DNA of 64,000 bases from Octopus vulgaris (GCA_951406725.2 OX597837.1:17174001-17238000); one strand, 5' to 3'. Counted from the stretch's first letter, positions 1 to 12,539 are shown. Notes: generated by a model not told the origin, from the letters alone. A program made the numbers and translations.

Positions 1-87
1 TAACATCTTGTATTCTTTACTTTCCCTATTGTTAATACAGTTTTTATAATGTATGTTGATTTCTTTATCCACCTACTTAGCTTACAT

Positions 88-330
88 TATCATCATCATC
101 ATCATTAACGTCTGCTTTCCATGCTAGCATGGGTTGGACGCTTTGACTGAGGACTGGTGAAGCAGATGGCTGCATCAGGCTCCAATCTGATCTGACAGAG
201 TTTCTACAGCTGGATGCCTTTCCTAACGCCAACGACTCCGAGAGTGTAGTGGGTGCTTTTATGTGCCAGTCAGGCGGTACTGGCAACGGCACGCTCAAGT
301 GGTGCTTTTTAAGTGCCACCTGCACATTAT
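88..330 (-). mobile_element. SINE-like repeat with (GAT)n tail, same family as 38725-39060 and 43071-43635
   Basis: Reverse complement of the shared core ggcgttaggaagggcatccagctgtagaaac...ggacgttaa(tga)n. Further decayed copies lie near 9930-10250 (-) and 52945-53150 (+). Confidence 0.75.
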
Positions 331-595
331 GAATAGATATTTTAGGAATAATTGTCCTTATCCAGCCCTCAAGATTTAGTGTATGCTTCAATTTGGCCTG
401 TGAAACTAAATGAATTTGACATCCCTGATGTTGATGTTTGTAGATAATTTGGAGTCCCAATAACTACTGTTATCTTTAAAACTTGTCAACAATAGTAAAA
501 ACAATATATACCAAGAATTAGATTAAAAATCTAATCATGCTTTAAGATTTTGTAGTGTCTACTTTTTCTTGAGATTTCTGTTTTTCATTTTACAG

Positions 596-733
596 GTGCT
601 TTACAAAAAGTGGTGCTATGGAACCAGGAAGCTATTAACTGCCAGCTTCCTCTAAAGCCTGATGAATCTACTAATATCCCTGTCAGTCTTAATGGTTATA
701 ACTATTTCAATTCAGACTTGGATTACTCTGATG
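596..733 (+). CDS. TRAPPC9: TRAPPC9 (NIBP/Trs120) internal coding exon, first in window; gene starts upstream
   Basis: Polypyrimidine tract plus tacag acceptor and G|gtatga donor; phase 1 to 1. Reads ALQKVVLWNQEAINCQLPLKPDESTNIPVSLNGYNYFNSDLDYSD, resembling the vertebrate W..EE..AQFPLQPG segment as I recall it. Confidence 0.85.
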
Positions 734-772
734 GTATGAACCTTTGTTATTTATTGTGTAAAGAAAGATATA

Positions 773-2058
773 TCAGGCTGAGTAAAAAGTAAGCAACATT
801 TTGAAACATGAAATTCATTACAATATATTTCAACAATGTAGAAATTTTATTCATCAAAGTAAGTACTATTACAATCAATACACTTTTGCCAATGAATTAC
901 AAGTTTGTTTATTCTGGTAACATAAAAATCTGGAGTTCTGGAGCTGATGAACTCTTTAAATGCACTTTCAGCATTGGTTTGATTTTTGAACTCCTTCTCT
1001 TGCAGGAAACCATCAAGGTGCTTGAAAAAGTAGTAATTGGTAGGAGAAAGCTCTGGGGAATAAATTGGGTGGTGAAGAACTTTGTTGCCAAGTTCCTTCA
1101 ACTTCTGGAGTGTCATTAGTAATATGTGTGGTGAAGCATTGTCATGAAGAATGATTGGCCCTCTTCTTGGCCAGTCTAGGATGGAGGAGTAGCAGTTTTT
1201 TGTTCATTTTGGCAATTTCAGGGCAGTATGTTTCTGCAGTAATAGTTTTTCTGGGTTTTAAGAAGTTATAGTGGATGAGTCCAGCAGTACATCACCAAAC
1301 AGTCACTTTAACTTTCTTTTTGAAGAGCTCAGGTTTAGGGAAGATTTTTTGGTGCTTCATTTTGGTCCAACCATTGTGGAGAACGTTTTTTATTATTGTA
1401 CAGAATCCACTTTTCATTGCAAGTTGCAATATGATCGAGAAATGGATTGATCTGATTACAGAGAAGAAATGACAAGCAAATTTCATATCTGCACATTTTC
1501 TGATTTTCATTCAAATCATATGATACCCATTTGCTGAGCTTCTTTGATTTTCCAATCGCATGCAAATGGTTGCAGGCAGTTTTCTGGCTAACTTGAAGTT
1601 CTTTTGCCAGTTCTCGAGTGGTTTTACGTAGACTTTTCTCAATGACGGTCTTTAATTGACCATCATGGATGGCAGATGGGTGTCCACTATGCTCACATTC
1701 TTCAAGGCTCAGGTCTCCACTGTGAAATCGTTTAAACCATTTTTGAGCTGACCAATCACTGGTCAATTCCTCACCAAATGTTTCAGTGATATCGCAAGCA
1801 GTTTCAGCTGCTTTACGTCCTTTTTTGAAGTTGAATAGCAAAGTTGCTTGAATATTGCCCTTTGACAGTTCCAATTCAGATGGTTGTAACAATGGTGAAA
1901 AAGATATCAAAGTTAATTTCGTGATGCATTTGGGCAAGTCTGTGTCTGTATTATCAGACGATTGCAAAAAAAATGTTTTAACAAAATTCAAAACTCTGCA
2001 AAAATCTGGTACAAATTCTTCATGGTTCAAAACGTTGCTTACTTTTTATTCAACCTGA
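773..2058 (-). mobile_element. Mariner (Tc1/mariner, Hsmar1-like) transposon, full length, transposase disrupted
   Basis: About 39-bp TIRs (tcaggctgagtaaaaagtaagcaacattttg / caaaacgttgcttactttttattcaacctga) flanked by TA. Frameshifted ORFs show WFKRF..GD.SLE, TCNEKW (normally TGDEKW) and YSPELSPTNYYFF. Confidence 0.93.
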
Positions 2059-2064
2059 TAGAAT

Positions 2065-2480
2065 TGGCCTTTTGTCAGGTGGAATAAAGAGGTATATAAA
2101 TTGATTGAGGTACAAGTGATATTAAGTGTAGGTTGTGATGTAGGGTAATTCTTGGAGTAGTTTCATTATAAGTAAATAGCCCTAGTGTGTTCTTCCTCTG
2201 TTGAAGATAGTAGGGTGCGATAAGATGATCTAACTGCTATTTCTAACAAGTCATGTGACCATATAAAGGCTTTCCTATTGGCTCATAAGCTGATGTTTAG
2301 GGTGGTTAGAGAGTCTGAATTGGTGTTGAAGGTGAAAAATGTTGTGTTGATAGTTAGTATGGCTCCATGAGATTGTATTTTGGGGGTACTGATCCTAAGA
2401 CCAAATTTGCCATGACTGAATTCAAATGATCTAAAAATGAGAATGCTGAAAACTTGAAAAACAATTTTCAAAAAACCAAA
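2065..2480 (-). mobile_element. Decayed Penelope-like reverse transcriptase fragment
   Basis: Minus-strand ILTINTTFFTFN motif resembles PLE RT (L....F.FN); heavily degraded. Confidence 0.4.
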
Positions 2481-2819
2481 TTTTGAAATATTTTAGGAAA
2501 AAATAAAGTGAAAAATGGTTTTAAAAGTGAGTTTATTGCATCATTTTTACTTTTATTGTGCTATGCCAGAATAACATTGATCCTGAAAAGATCAAAAGCA
2601 AAGCTGCCCTTGGTTTTTATACTTGTAGGCAAGTTTAAGCAGCCAGTCATTGTTGTTCTTTAAATAGGTGTCTTACTCTCTGGTTGCTGCTTTTAGAGAC
2701 AGTTACAACTGCATCAGTTCATGTTCTCCATCTTTTTTTTTTTTTTTTGTGGGATGTATAGTCTATCTACATCTGTCTTTAGGTGATACATGTGGTGCAT
2801 TGTGAGAGACTTGTATATT

Positions 2820-3192
2820 TTGGGGTTGATAAATTAAGTGCCAGTAAAACACTGGGGGTCGATGTAATCAACTACCCCCCCCCCCCCCACACACACACAA
2901 TTTCAGCCCTTGTGCCTATTGTAAAAAGGATTATCATTATTATTATTTAAGGCGCTGAGCTAGCAGAAATGTTAACACACTGAGCAAAATGCTTTATGGT
3001 ATTTCATCTGCTGCTACATTCTGAGTTCAAATTCCGCCAACGTCAACTTTGCTTTTCATCTTTTTGGGGCCGCTGAACTAAATACCAGTATAGTACTAGG
3101 GTTGGTGTGATCGATTGTCCCCCTCTCCACAAAATCCAGACCATGTGCCTATAGTGGAAACGATTATTATTATTATTATTATTATTATTATT
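2820..3192 (+). repeat. Head-to-tail copies of a tRNA-derived SINE with (TTA)n tails
   Basis: ggcgctgagctagcagaaatgttaac head, B-box-like gagttcaaattcc, and core gcttttcatc...gggg..ga.....aagtacc; same family as 40720-40948. Confidence 0.8.
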
Positions 3193-3194
3193 TC

Positions 3195-4825
3195 TATTTC
3201 ATTAGTCAGAGCACTTGATTTTACTTGTTCCAGAGAGTAGACAGCAACCTAATGTCAAGATTCTCACAGCTCCTTTCACAATACTTAATATCCAAGTATA
3301 ATCTCAAAACTCCTTGCTGTCCCGAATAGATCACTTTTCTGAGCATGTTCGACCTTCATGTCAATCCCAATTTCTCCAACAAATGCTTCCAATGCTCCAC
3401 AACTATTGGGATGATAATTACCCTCTTCATTGTCCACATTCATGCGATCTCATCTTTTAGTGGCTTGTAGTTTACAATCTTTCCTAGTTCTTTGTCATCC
3501 ACCCATACATCCCTAGGTATGGCAAAGTTTATGATATCAGTTTCCTTCATCATTTTGTCAACTACAACAATGTTTGGCCTCCTAGCATCAATCACTGAAT
3601 CATACTGGATGACTCATTATGCTCATATCATTTCAATATCCTTTCAAGATAAGACAACCTCCAATGGACATACCTAGCTATGTTATCATACCTCCTGTTT
3701 TATTCTTTTTGAGCCAATTTACTACACTCACTCACAAAATATGAGACTGTTTCATATTTGCTGCTGCACATCCTACAAAGGGATAATTCACTATTCCTCG
3801 CGGTAGTATAGAGGATCTTCGTCGATGCCTCCACCAAATTTGGAAGTGGTCTAACGATTGGGACCTGTGTCTGAACGTGTCAAAGTGCTGTCATCTGCCT
3901 GTCGGCTCTACTCCTGCAACTCAACTTGATTTCGAGCCGGGCCGTCTGCTGCTGGAGAGGACCGATCAGGTAAAGGACCTGGGTATCTTGGTGGATTCCT
4001 CCTTTTCGCCTTCGGCCCAGTGCGTCCATGCTGCCAACAAAGCGCGCGGTATTCTGTTTTTGATTCGACGGTCATTCGGAATGCTCACAGCAGCCATATT
4101 CCTGCCACTCTATGTCACGCTGGTGAGACCCATATTGGAGTATGGGATTCAAGCCTCTTCTCCTTATCTCCTCAAAGACATACAGCATCTCGAAAGAGTC
4201 CAGAGGCTGGCTACCCGCATGGTTCATGGTCTCAAAAATTTGTCCTACGAAGAAAGGCTGAGGACGCTCGACCTTTATTCTCTTGAAAAACGCCGCCGCC
4301 GTGGTGATCTCATTCTCGCCCACAACATCATAAGCGGGAAGTGTAACCTCTCGAAAGAGCTGTTCTTCACTCCTGCTCCGGAGCGTCGGCTGCGGGGTCA
4401 TTCCGAAAAGCTCTACCTGCGACGATTTCATCTCAATCGAAGGAGAGGAGCTTTCTCCGTCCGGGTTGCGGATCCGTGGAACAAGCTGCCAGACGAGATG
4501 GTGAAGATGCCGACGACCGCTTTGTTCAAAGCCTCCCTGGACCTCAAGTGGCCTGAACTCTTTACATGAACACCACCCTGTACTTAACTCCATGTCCCCC
4601 TACATGGCCTTGCTATTTGCTTTTGAGCCAAATTAACTAACTAACTATTCTTACCTATTTGGAAATTGGTGTAATTAGTTCTCAGAGCACTGCACATCAA
4701 TGCTTCAATGCATCCTTTCAGATCACTTATCCTTAGCTACTTCCAGGTGTTGGTTTTGTCTTTCCCTTCGATTTCTCTGAGGTGCCGCCCTTGCATTGCT
4801 TTCATTTTCAAGTTGTTCAATCTTT
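3195..4825 (-). mobile_element. R4/Dong-type (REL-endonuclease) non-LTR retrotransposon 3' remnant, interrupted by a CR1-like insertion
   Basis: After removing 3797-4650, the minus strand reads ALRTNY...LCRMCSSKYETVSYFVSECSKLAQKE*NRRYDNIAR (CCHC knuckle plus RHD-like motif). Flanked on both sides by (TTA)n. Confidence 0.75.
3797..4643 (+). mobile_element. 5'-truncated CR1-like LINE (RT C-terminus plus 3' UTR)
   Basis: Open frame with LVRPILEY, LERVQRLAT, RRRRGDLI and WNKLP; (TAAC)n tail; ACTATTC duplicated at 3790-3796 and 4644-4650. Confidence 0.9.
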
Positions 4826-4844
4826 TATTATTATTATTATTATT

Positions 4845-5460
4845 AAAGCAGCAAGCTGGCAGAATCATTAGCACACTAGGCAAAATACTTAGTAGTATTT
4901 CATCCATTTATACATTATGAGTTCAGATTCCACCAAGGTTAACTCTATCTTTCATCCTTTCAGGATTGACAAAATAAGTACCAATTGGATCTTGGGGTTG
5001 ATGTAATTATCCCCTCACCCAAAATTGCTAGCCTTGTGCCAAAATTTGAAACCATTATTATCATCACCATCATCATAGGTGGTGAGCTGGCAGAATCATT
5101 AGCATATTGGACAAAACGCTTAGCAGCATTTTGTTCATCTTCATGTTCTGAGTTCAAATTTCACTGAAGTCAGCTTTGCTTTTCATTCTTTTGGGATCAA
5201 TGAATTAAGTACCTGTTAAACACTGAGGTCAATGTAATTGATTAGTCCTGACCACTAAAAATGTCAAGCCTTGTGCCTATAGTTGAAAGGATTATTACTA
5301 TTATGATTAAGTGGGTGAGCTGACTGAATCATTAGCACATTAGACATAATGCTTAGCAGCGTACCAGTCGAACACTGGTTTCAGTGTAATTGATTGTTCC
5401 ATCCTCTCAAAATTTCAGACCTTGTGCCTATAGTAGAATAAATTATCACTATTATTACTT
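4845..5460 (+). repeat. Tandem array of about 3 tRNA-derived SINE units
   Basis: Repeated gagctggcagaatcattagcac head and ccttgtgcc...attattat tail at about 4848, 5080 and 5313. Confidence 0.8.
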
Positions 5461-6188
5461 TGTAAGTAATCATGCTTGCTATATTTTGTATGTTATTTTA
5501 ATATAGCATAATCAAAATAGTAGTAATTGTTATAAAACTGTAAATAATGTTTTTAGGACCAATTTCTCCAAAAATTATTATTCTGATGTAGCATAATATA
5601 AAGAGTAAGTATGTGTTTCTCAAATAAATTCCATTTTAAAACTGCCATTTTTATTCTAGAATAGTTGTTCTGACATTGCTTAATAAAAACAATAAATATA
5701 TTACAATATGTTTCTAAAATAAACTTTTTAAAATAAACTGTAAATAAATGTCCCCTAAAATATTACAAAATTCAGTGTTCTGAAGTGTTACAAAAGCAGT
5801 GTTTCAGGCTTTTGGTATTTTGATTTTTAGGTCCTTTGAAGTAAGCATTGTCATGTTCAATCTTGTGATGTTTGTTCTTATGACCCAAACCCATAGACTG
5901 GACAAGCTAAGTGTTGAGCTGACTCTCAGTGTTGATAGCTGAAAAAATCAAGATTAGAATATGATTTATTGATATAATACATCCAGTACTTATAGCTACT
6001 GACATGACTAACAAACCACAAACTTTATCTTACACCTCCTTTGATGTGATATAATGATCAGGTTTCAATTGCTGGCTGTAAATATCTCCATTCACTTACA
6101 TAGTTGGTTCTCCTCAGAAAGGCAACTACCCTGAATTTCATCAGCCATCTGTTTCTGTATTGACTTCTTCCCACTTTCTATTTTTCAG

Positions 6189-6253
6189 CATCCAGCTTCA
6201 CCCCAACACATTCCAACACTGCCACTTCCAAGAGTAGTACTGCTCCAAAGAAG
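6189..6253 (+). CDS. TRAPPC9: TRAPPC9 coding exon (Ser/Thr-rich linker)
   Basis: tttttcag acceptor and AAG|gtaaat donor. 65 nt, phase 1 to 0, which exactly bridges the phases of the flanking exons; (A)SSFTPTHSNTATSKSSTAPKK. Little sequence homology, so support is from splice signals and phase. Confidence 0.7.
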
Positions 6254-7624
6254 GTAAATGTTCTTCTTATTCATGTTGCTGTTGTTGTTACACTGACTGT
6301 CAACATTGTTATTGTCATAGTTACCATGGTGATTGTTGCTGTATGTAATACGATTTTTGATTGTTGTCATAGTTGTTGCTGCTATGGCAACTGTTGTGAT
6401 AAACATTACTGCAGTTATAATGTGTTGTGCTGAGTGCACCTGAGCACTATGTTAAGGGTACACAAAGGTCTATAGAATACTCAGCCACAGGGAATTGATC
6501 AAACAACAGAAACACTCATAAATCAATGAGTGAATTCTTCATACATAAATAATATTACATATAGACCCAAGCATGAGTGTGAGGTTAAAAAGGTTGTTTC
6601 TCAAGCACATAGTTTCAGGTTCAATTCTATTGTGCAGAACCTTGGGCAAGTGTTTTCTTCTATAACCTAAGACCAATCAAACTCTTGTGAGTGGATTTGG
6701 TAAACAGAGAGACTAAGAAAAGTTTACCATATGTCTATCATATAAATATAGCCATCCTTGTTAGCCATGCAGATGACACAAAAATCTCTCAGATACAGAA
6801 CCCAGAAAATATTGTGCTCCTGCAACAAGAATTGGATGCAATATACAGATGAGCTGAGGACAATAACATGCAGTTTGATGCTGAAAAATTCCAAACTCTG
6901 CTCTACCAGGACACAAGCCTGAATGAAATGCAGACAGAATACCCTGGCCTAGGAGAGATTGCAATCTATGAAACAAAATCAGTGCATCACCTGGACATTG
7001 ACATGAGTAATGATGCATCTTTCAAGATGCAGATTACTAAGTTGATAATAAAAAGCAGACAGCTAGCAATTGGATCCTGTGAACTTTCAGAATGTCATGA
7101 TGATCCTTTGGATGACATATGTCCTGAGTCACTCCCAACTATGGTCACCACACAGTACAAAATGATGCTAGTGTGTGAACAGCTATACTACATGGTAGTG
7201 AAACATGGGCTATTAATGCAGAGGACATGTGGAGACCAGAGAGAAATGAAAGGCTGAAAAAGTTACGACTCTACTTTGAACAAAGTGGGAAAAACTTTTG
7301 CCATGATGTAATCACCTATGAAGTACAGATGCAAGGATGCATTGAAACAATATTAGTGTTTTGAATAAAGAATCTCATTAATTGCATTTTCTGTCATTTA
7401 TTTGTCTATATTTGTATGTATGTGTGTGTAAAAACAAATATATTTAAATTCAGTCTTTCCTTGGCTCTGTGAATCATCATATATAAAAAAAATTACACTA
7501 TTGAGATTCTTGCCCACAAACAATGGATTTTTATAATTTTATTATGGGTAAGAATTGAAACAATTGTATGTAATTTATATTTCTTATTTATCATATTTTT
7601 TTATATTATTATAAGAATATAACA

Positions 7625-9625
7625 TAAGGAAGGAATTACAACCGTGTTTCGTGGTCTGCTACCACAACAGCTCCTTTATAGGATCCAGTTAGCTCAAGAC
7701 TTCATCAGGAGGAACCACGTCCGGTTTTGGCCCCTACTCCTCTACCGTTTTCACATGGTGGAGCCCCCACTTTCAGAGGTGTCTTCAGCTCTGGTATTGG
7801 GTACATGTCTTCTTCCTTCTTTCTTCTGTCCCCTGGCCTCTTCGACGTAGCATCAGCGAATGTCAGCCGGTGACTTCCTTTAAATACCTGCCACTAGGCT
7901 CCAGCAGGCAGCCCCAGCAAGTTGTCATGTGACACTGTCTCAACTTTAACTGACCAGTGAAGGCACGTAGTCTTAGCCCATGCATTCTCTAAACGACCAT
8001 CCCCTGTCAGTCAGTGAAGTTAATTCAGTGTCAGCTTGTCTCACCTAGTGATGTTATGACTTTCAAGCCATTTTTGGTCTTCCCGCTTCAGCCATATATA
8101 GAAGCTGGCTTTTTCGACTGCCTCCTGTACTCTCCTTATTAGTTTTCACAGCTCGGAGCTAGAAAAAACAAATCTTCTTTTGAAAAGCGTTGTCATTTTC
8201 CTTTCAATGAAGCCTCTAGCCCCCACTGCCAGGTGGTAATACTCGACATTCCATCCCTGTTCTCTGCACTCTTCGATTAGTTTTTCGTACCTCTTCTCTT
8301 TTCGTTCCTCTGCATTGCTGATGTTCTCTTCCCATGGTACTGTCAGTTCTAGCAAAATTCCTATTCTCCGTTCTCTGTTCCATAGGACTAAATCTGGTCT
8401 TTTTGTTGTTTTTATTAGTGGAAATATTATTTGTCTTTCCAAATCTGTGGCCACCTCCCAGTATCCCTTCCGTCTTTCATCTATCTTGTATATTTTATTT
8501 GTAGGCCTGGTTTTATATCCTTTTCCCTCCTTGTGAAAGTATACTTTCCTGCGCTTTTCTACTTTTGGGTACTCTCCCCTATTGTACCTCTCGATCTTCT
8601 CCTTGAGTGCTGCGCTTATGACGTTGAGGACTTGATTATGCCGCCATGTATATTTCTAGTGCTAGTCTGCAGTTTGACAGAACATGTCTAACTATCGCTT
8701 TCTCTCCGCATCTACACTCATCAGTTGTTTTTATGTTCCACCGGACTAAGTTCACCGGTGAGGGTAGAATGTCGAAGATAGACTTGATCAGGTAGGACGT
8801 TCTTGCTTGTTCCCAAGCCCAAAGTTCCATCCATGATATTCTGTGGCTGATCACATATTCCTCCCATCTCACGCACTGTCCCTGTTGACTACATTGCACC
8901 AAATGTACATTTCGCCTTTCTTCTTCCTCCTTTCTCACTTCGTATTACCACTGCCTCTTTCATCTCTTTTATACTGCTCTTGCAAAATGGCCTGAAGTTG
9001 TGCAACCCTAGGCCCGCTCTTGCTTCTTGCATCGCTCCAACCATATCTGCGTGCCTTAGTTTTCCGATTGCCCTGTTTACTGCCTCTTCCGCCTTCCATT
9101 TCCTCCCTGTTCTTACCTTTGGAGGGTTTTCCCGGATGCTCTGATCTTTTGAATACCTTAGCATCATTACTGTCCTTGCCTTTCCTGCCTTACATTCTTC
9201 AGCAATTGATATTATCGGTAGTTGCAGCATGGGTTTTCCATATAGTGCAGTTGTAATCAGTGGTTTTGGAAGACCAAGCCATTTTCTGATAAACACACTG
9301 CATCTTTGTTCCATCCTTTCTACTCTGCTCAAGTTTATTTCGTACACTTGTAATGGCCACATTATCCTTGGGTACAGTCCAAATTGCCGTATCCAACATT
9401 TGAATTTCCCCAGTAATGTCATTCTGTCAATTGCCTTTAGTCCTTGTTCCACTAAATTGTGTGTTTCTTTGCTTTGCTTCTTATCATTTAGTAAATCTCC
9501 GTACCATCTGCTGAGACTCTTTACTGGTTGTTCTTTCACCGTTGGTATGTCTTCACCTCCTAGCCTGAATTTCACTTCTTGCATTCCTTTCACAAAAGCC
9601 ACGCTTTTGAATTTTGAATTAGCAA
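7625..9625 (-). mobile_element. Hero-clade (R2 superfamily) non-LTR retrotransposon, 5'-truncated and frameshifted
   Basis: Post-RT region GKFKCWI.QFGLYPRIMWPL.VYE and TGRKWKA, a knuckle CRCGE...HVLSNC, and a REL endonuclease RPDLVLWN...ELTVPWEENI..AEERK..RY. Confidence 0.88.
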
Positions 9626-9775
9626 TTGCTATGTATATCTCCACTTTCTATTCATTTTTATAAATTTAATATGTACCCATGTAATTTGTAAGGTTTTCTC
9701 TGCAAAATTCAGTATTTAACAGTGGAGCCAGTGAAAGATTGGCTGTCTTTATCCCTATTTTCCTTGGATTTAATT

Positions 9776-9930
9776 ATGTGTGTGTACGTATGTGTGTGTA
9801 TGTATATGTATGTGTGTGTATATGTATGTATGTATATATGTGTGTATGTATATATGTATGTGTGTATGTGTATGTATATATGTGTGTATGTATATATGTA
9901 TGTGTGTGTGTGTATGCATATATGTATATC
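9776..9930. repeat. Compound (TG/TA) microsatellite
   Basis: Direct reading; source of several spurious low-complexity ORFs. Confidence 0.95.
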
Positions 9931-10899
9931 GTCATCATCATCATTCTTTAATGTCTGTCTTCCATGCATTCATGAGTAAGATGGTTGACAGGAACTGACC
10001 AGGATGAAGACTACACCAGGCTGCTGTGTCTGTCTTGGCAGGATTTTTACAGCTGGATGCCCTTCCTAACACCAACCACTCCACAGAGTGGATCAGTGAT
10101 TTTTACTTGGCACTAGCACAGGACGGTTAGTTTTGGCATGATTTTTATAGATGGATACCCTTCCAAATGCCAACCACTTTAGAGTGTTGATTGGATAATT
10201 TTTACATGACACCAGTACTGGCAGGGTCACCAAGTAACTCAGAAGATTAGAAATTTTGAGAGGGGCAGGGGAACTTGTGTCAGAGGATCAAAGGTTAGAG
10301 TGTAACTGAGAGACAGAGAAGCAGAAACAGATGTCTTGCTATAAAGGAGGGGGCATTGGAGGAGGTGATCTGGTGTCATGATGATGAAAGGTTAGAGCAT
10401 GACAGAAATAGAGAGACAGAAACAGGTCTCTTGCTATAGAGGAGGTACATGGTTACTCAGCAAGAGAGAGAGATGGGAAAGAGGAGAGAAGACAGAAATA
10501 GGTGTAAAGGAGATACTTGATTACCTAATCAGAGGGAAAAGCAAGAGAAGGAGAGAGAGAGAGAGTGGGAAACAACAAAGTGCAAGAGAGAGCAGGAGAG
10601 AGATGGTGGTGAAGTGCCAGGGTATACTCACAAGCAACAAGGAAGAAAGATCCCCTGATATACATGGGCAGATATTGCCAAGAAGGTGCAAGTAGGGAGT
10701 GAGAATTGCAGTGACTGTTGAAAACCTGGGTATAAAAATGGGGTGGGGGAAAGCAGCGATACAGTGAACAGGGTAGGGAAGGAGAGTGGGACACAATCGT
10801 GGTTTCGAAGAGGAAATGTGAGGAAGAGAAAGATGTAGTTTACAAAAGGAGATGTGAAAATTTTGTTGTTACATGTGGGTGAGACACAACACTTCAAGC

Positions 10900-11660
10900 A
10901 CTCAGTTTTGCTGACACGGGCAGGTCTTCTCTAGAACTTCATATCGCCCAACATCTCAGTCCATTGTGAACCCTGCATCTTAAGACTAGTCCTCACCACT
11001 TCATCCCATGTCTTCCTGGGTCTCCCTCTTCCACAGTTACCATCCACTTTCAGTACCAGGTATTTCTGTATACAGCTGTCTTTATTCATCACATGTCCAA
11101 ACATCACATGCATCACATGTCCAAACCAACGCAGTCTCCCCTCCTGCATGCCACATTTAATCCCTTTTATGCCTAACTTTTCTCTCAACACAGTTGAGCT
11201 TTGTCAGTCATGCACATTGATGTTGCAAATCCAGCAGAGCATGCTACTTTCATTTCTCTCTGGTCTCCACATATCCTCTGCATTAATAGCCCATGTTTCA
11301 CTACCATGTAGTATAGCTGTTCACACACTAACATCATACAATCTACCTTTCACTCTGAGAGAGAGTCCTTTTGTTGCCAACAGAGGTAATAGTTCTCTCA
11401 ACTTCCTTCATCCTATTTTTACTCTAGAAACAATACTTTCAGAGCATCCACCATTACTAATTTGGTCACCTAAGTAGTAGAAACTATTATCTCAAGAGAG
11501 CCACCTGAGCATTTGCTCTTAGTTCTTATTGTTCCTGTACATCTGCCACATATAAAAGCGACCTTATCTGTTAACCTACCTGTGATTCTGCTGCATCTCT
11601 TATGCATCTATAGCTTACACTTGGTGCAGCAAATGAAATTACTTCCCACTCCTTTCCTCC
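10900..11660 (-). mobile_element. RTE-clade LINE 3' remnant
   Basis: LREKLGI...RLRWFGHVM...GRGRPRKTWDEVV. Confidence 0.82.
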
Positions 11661-11674
11661 ATAGTATATATATA

Positions 11675-11710
<36 letters not shown>

Positions 11711-11743
11711 CTTTATTTAAAGCAGCAGAAAATTCAACAAAAC

Positions 11744-11781
11744 CTGTTACTCTGAGTTTCCCGTTGCAGTTCATCAGACAG
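11744..11781 (-). ncRNA. Type I hammerhead ribozyme-like motif inside a 17-bp inverted repeat
   Basis: Minus strand: ctgt CTGATGA a ctgcaacgg GAAAC tcaga GTA acag. Stem I is ctgt/acag; enclosed by ctttatttaaagcagca (11711) and its perfect complement (11786). Confidence 0.72.
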
Positions 11782-11871
11782 TTTTTGCTGCTTTAAATAA
11801 AGCATATTACTCTACCACTGGTATTTGAGTACTCTTTTTTCCACCTTGTTTCACATTTATGTGTTTACTCC

Positions 11872-11910
<39 letters not shown>

Positions 11911-12539
11911 AGTTCAAATTTACAGAAAACAAAAGACAAAAACAGGTGAGGGAACAACAAGCAGGTGTATTTGTTTGATGCTTGGGAAGAATGGAAAAGT
12001 CTTTGATGTTTCAAGCCTATGCTCTTTGAAAGGAATGGAGAGAGAATGAAAACAAATGTGTTGGGATTGACGGTTCAGCATGATGAAATGACCAGAGTAT
12101 GTATAGTAATGTTTATTGCCACTTAAATATGGTTGTTCCATAGGCACCAACATGACTGTACTTCAGCTGGTTATTTGATGCAGTCTGCACCTGATATATT
12201 TTGCAAACAGGGTATGAACCCCTACCATCTTTTAGCCACAAGACCACCAGACCATACGGCTTCCACCTCTTTGTGGGCATCTCTGGTGGTGGATACTCAT
12301 CCACTAGAGTTATGTTGTTCCATAGGAACCAGTGTTACTGCTCTTTATAACGCCAGGAGGACACCTCCTCCTGCTGGTTATTCAATGCAATCTGCACCTG
12401 ATATATATTGCAAGCAGGGAAGTGAACTCCTACCGTCTTTTAGCCATGAGACTATCAAACCACACAGTTTTGACCTCTTTGTGGTCATCCTCATTAATTC
12501 TAACTAGCTAATTTGCTTGTTGCAAGATCAATGTCTGTG

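Noticed and set aside
7630-7720. CTGATGA...CGAAAC on the minus strand in the Hero 3' UTR as a hammerhead
   Set aside because: Stem I cannot be formed (ttcctc versus attcc) and stem II is irregular.
9709-9998. ORFs rich in YI/VC/HT repeats, also at 38606, 40979, 60587 and 62348
   Set aside because: These are translations of dinucleotide microsatellites.
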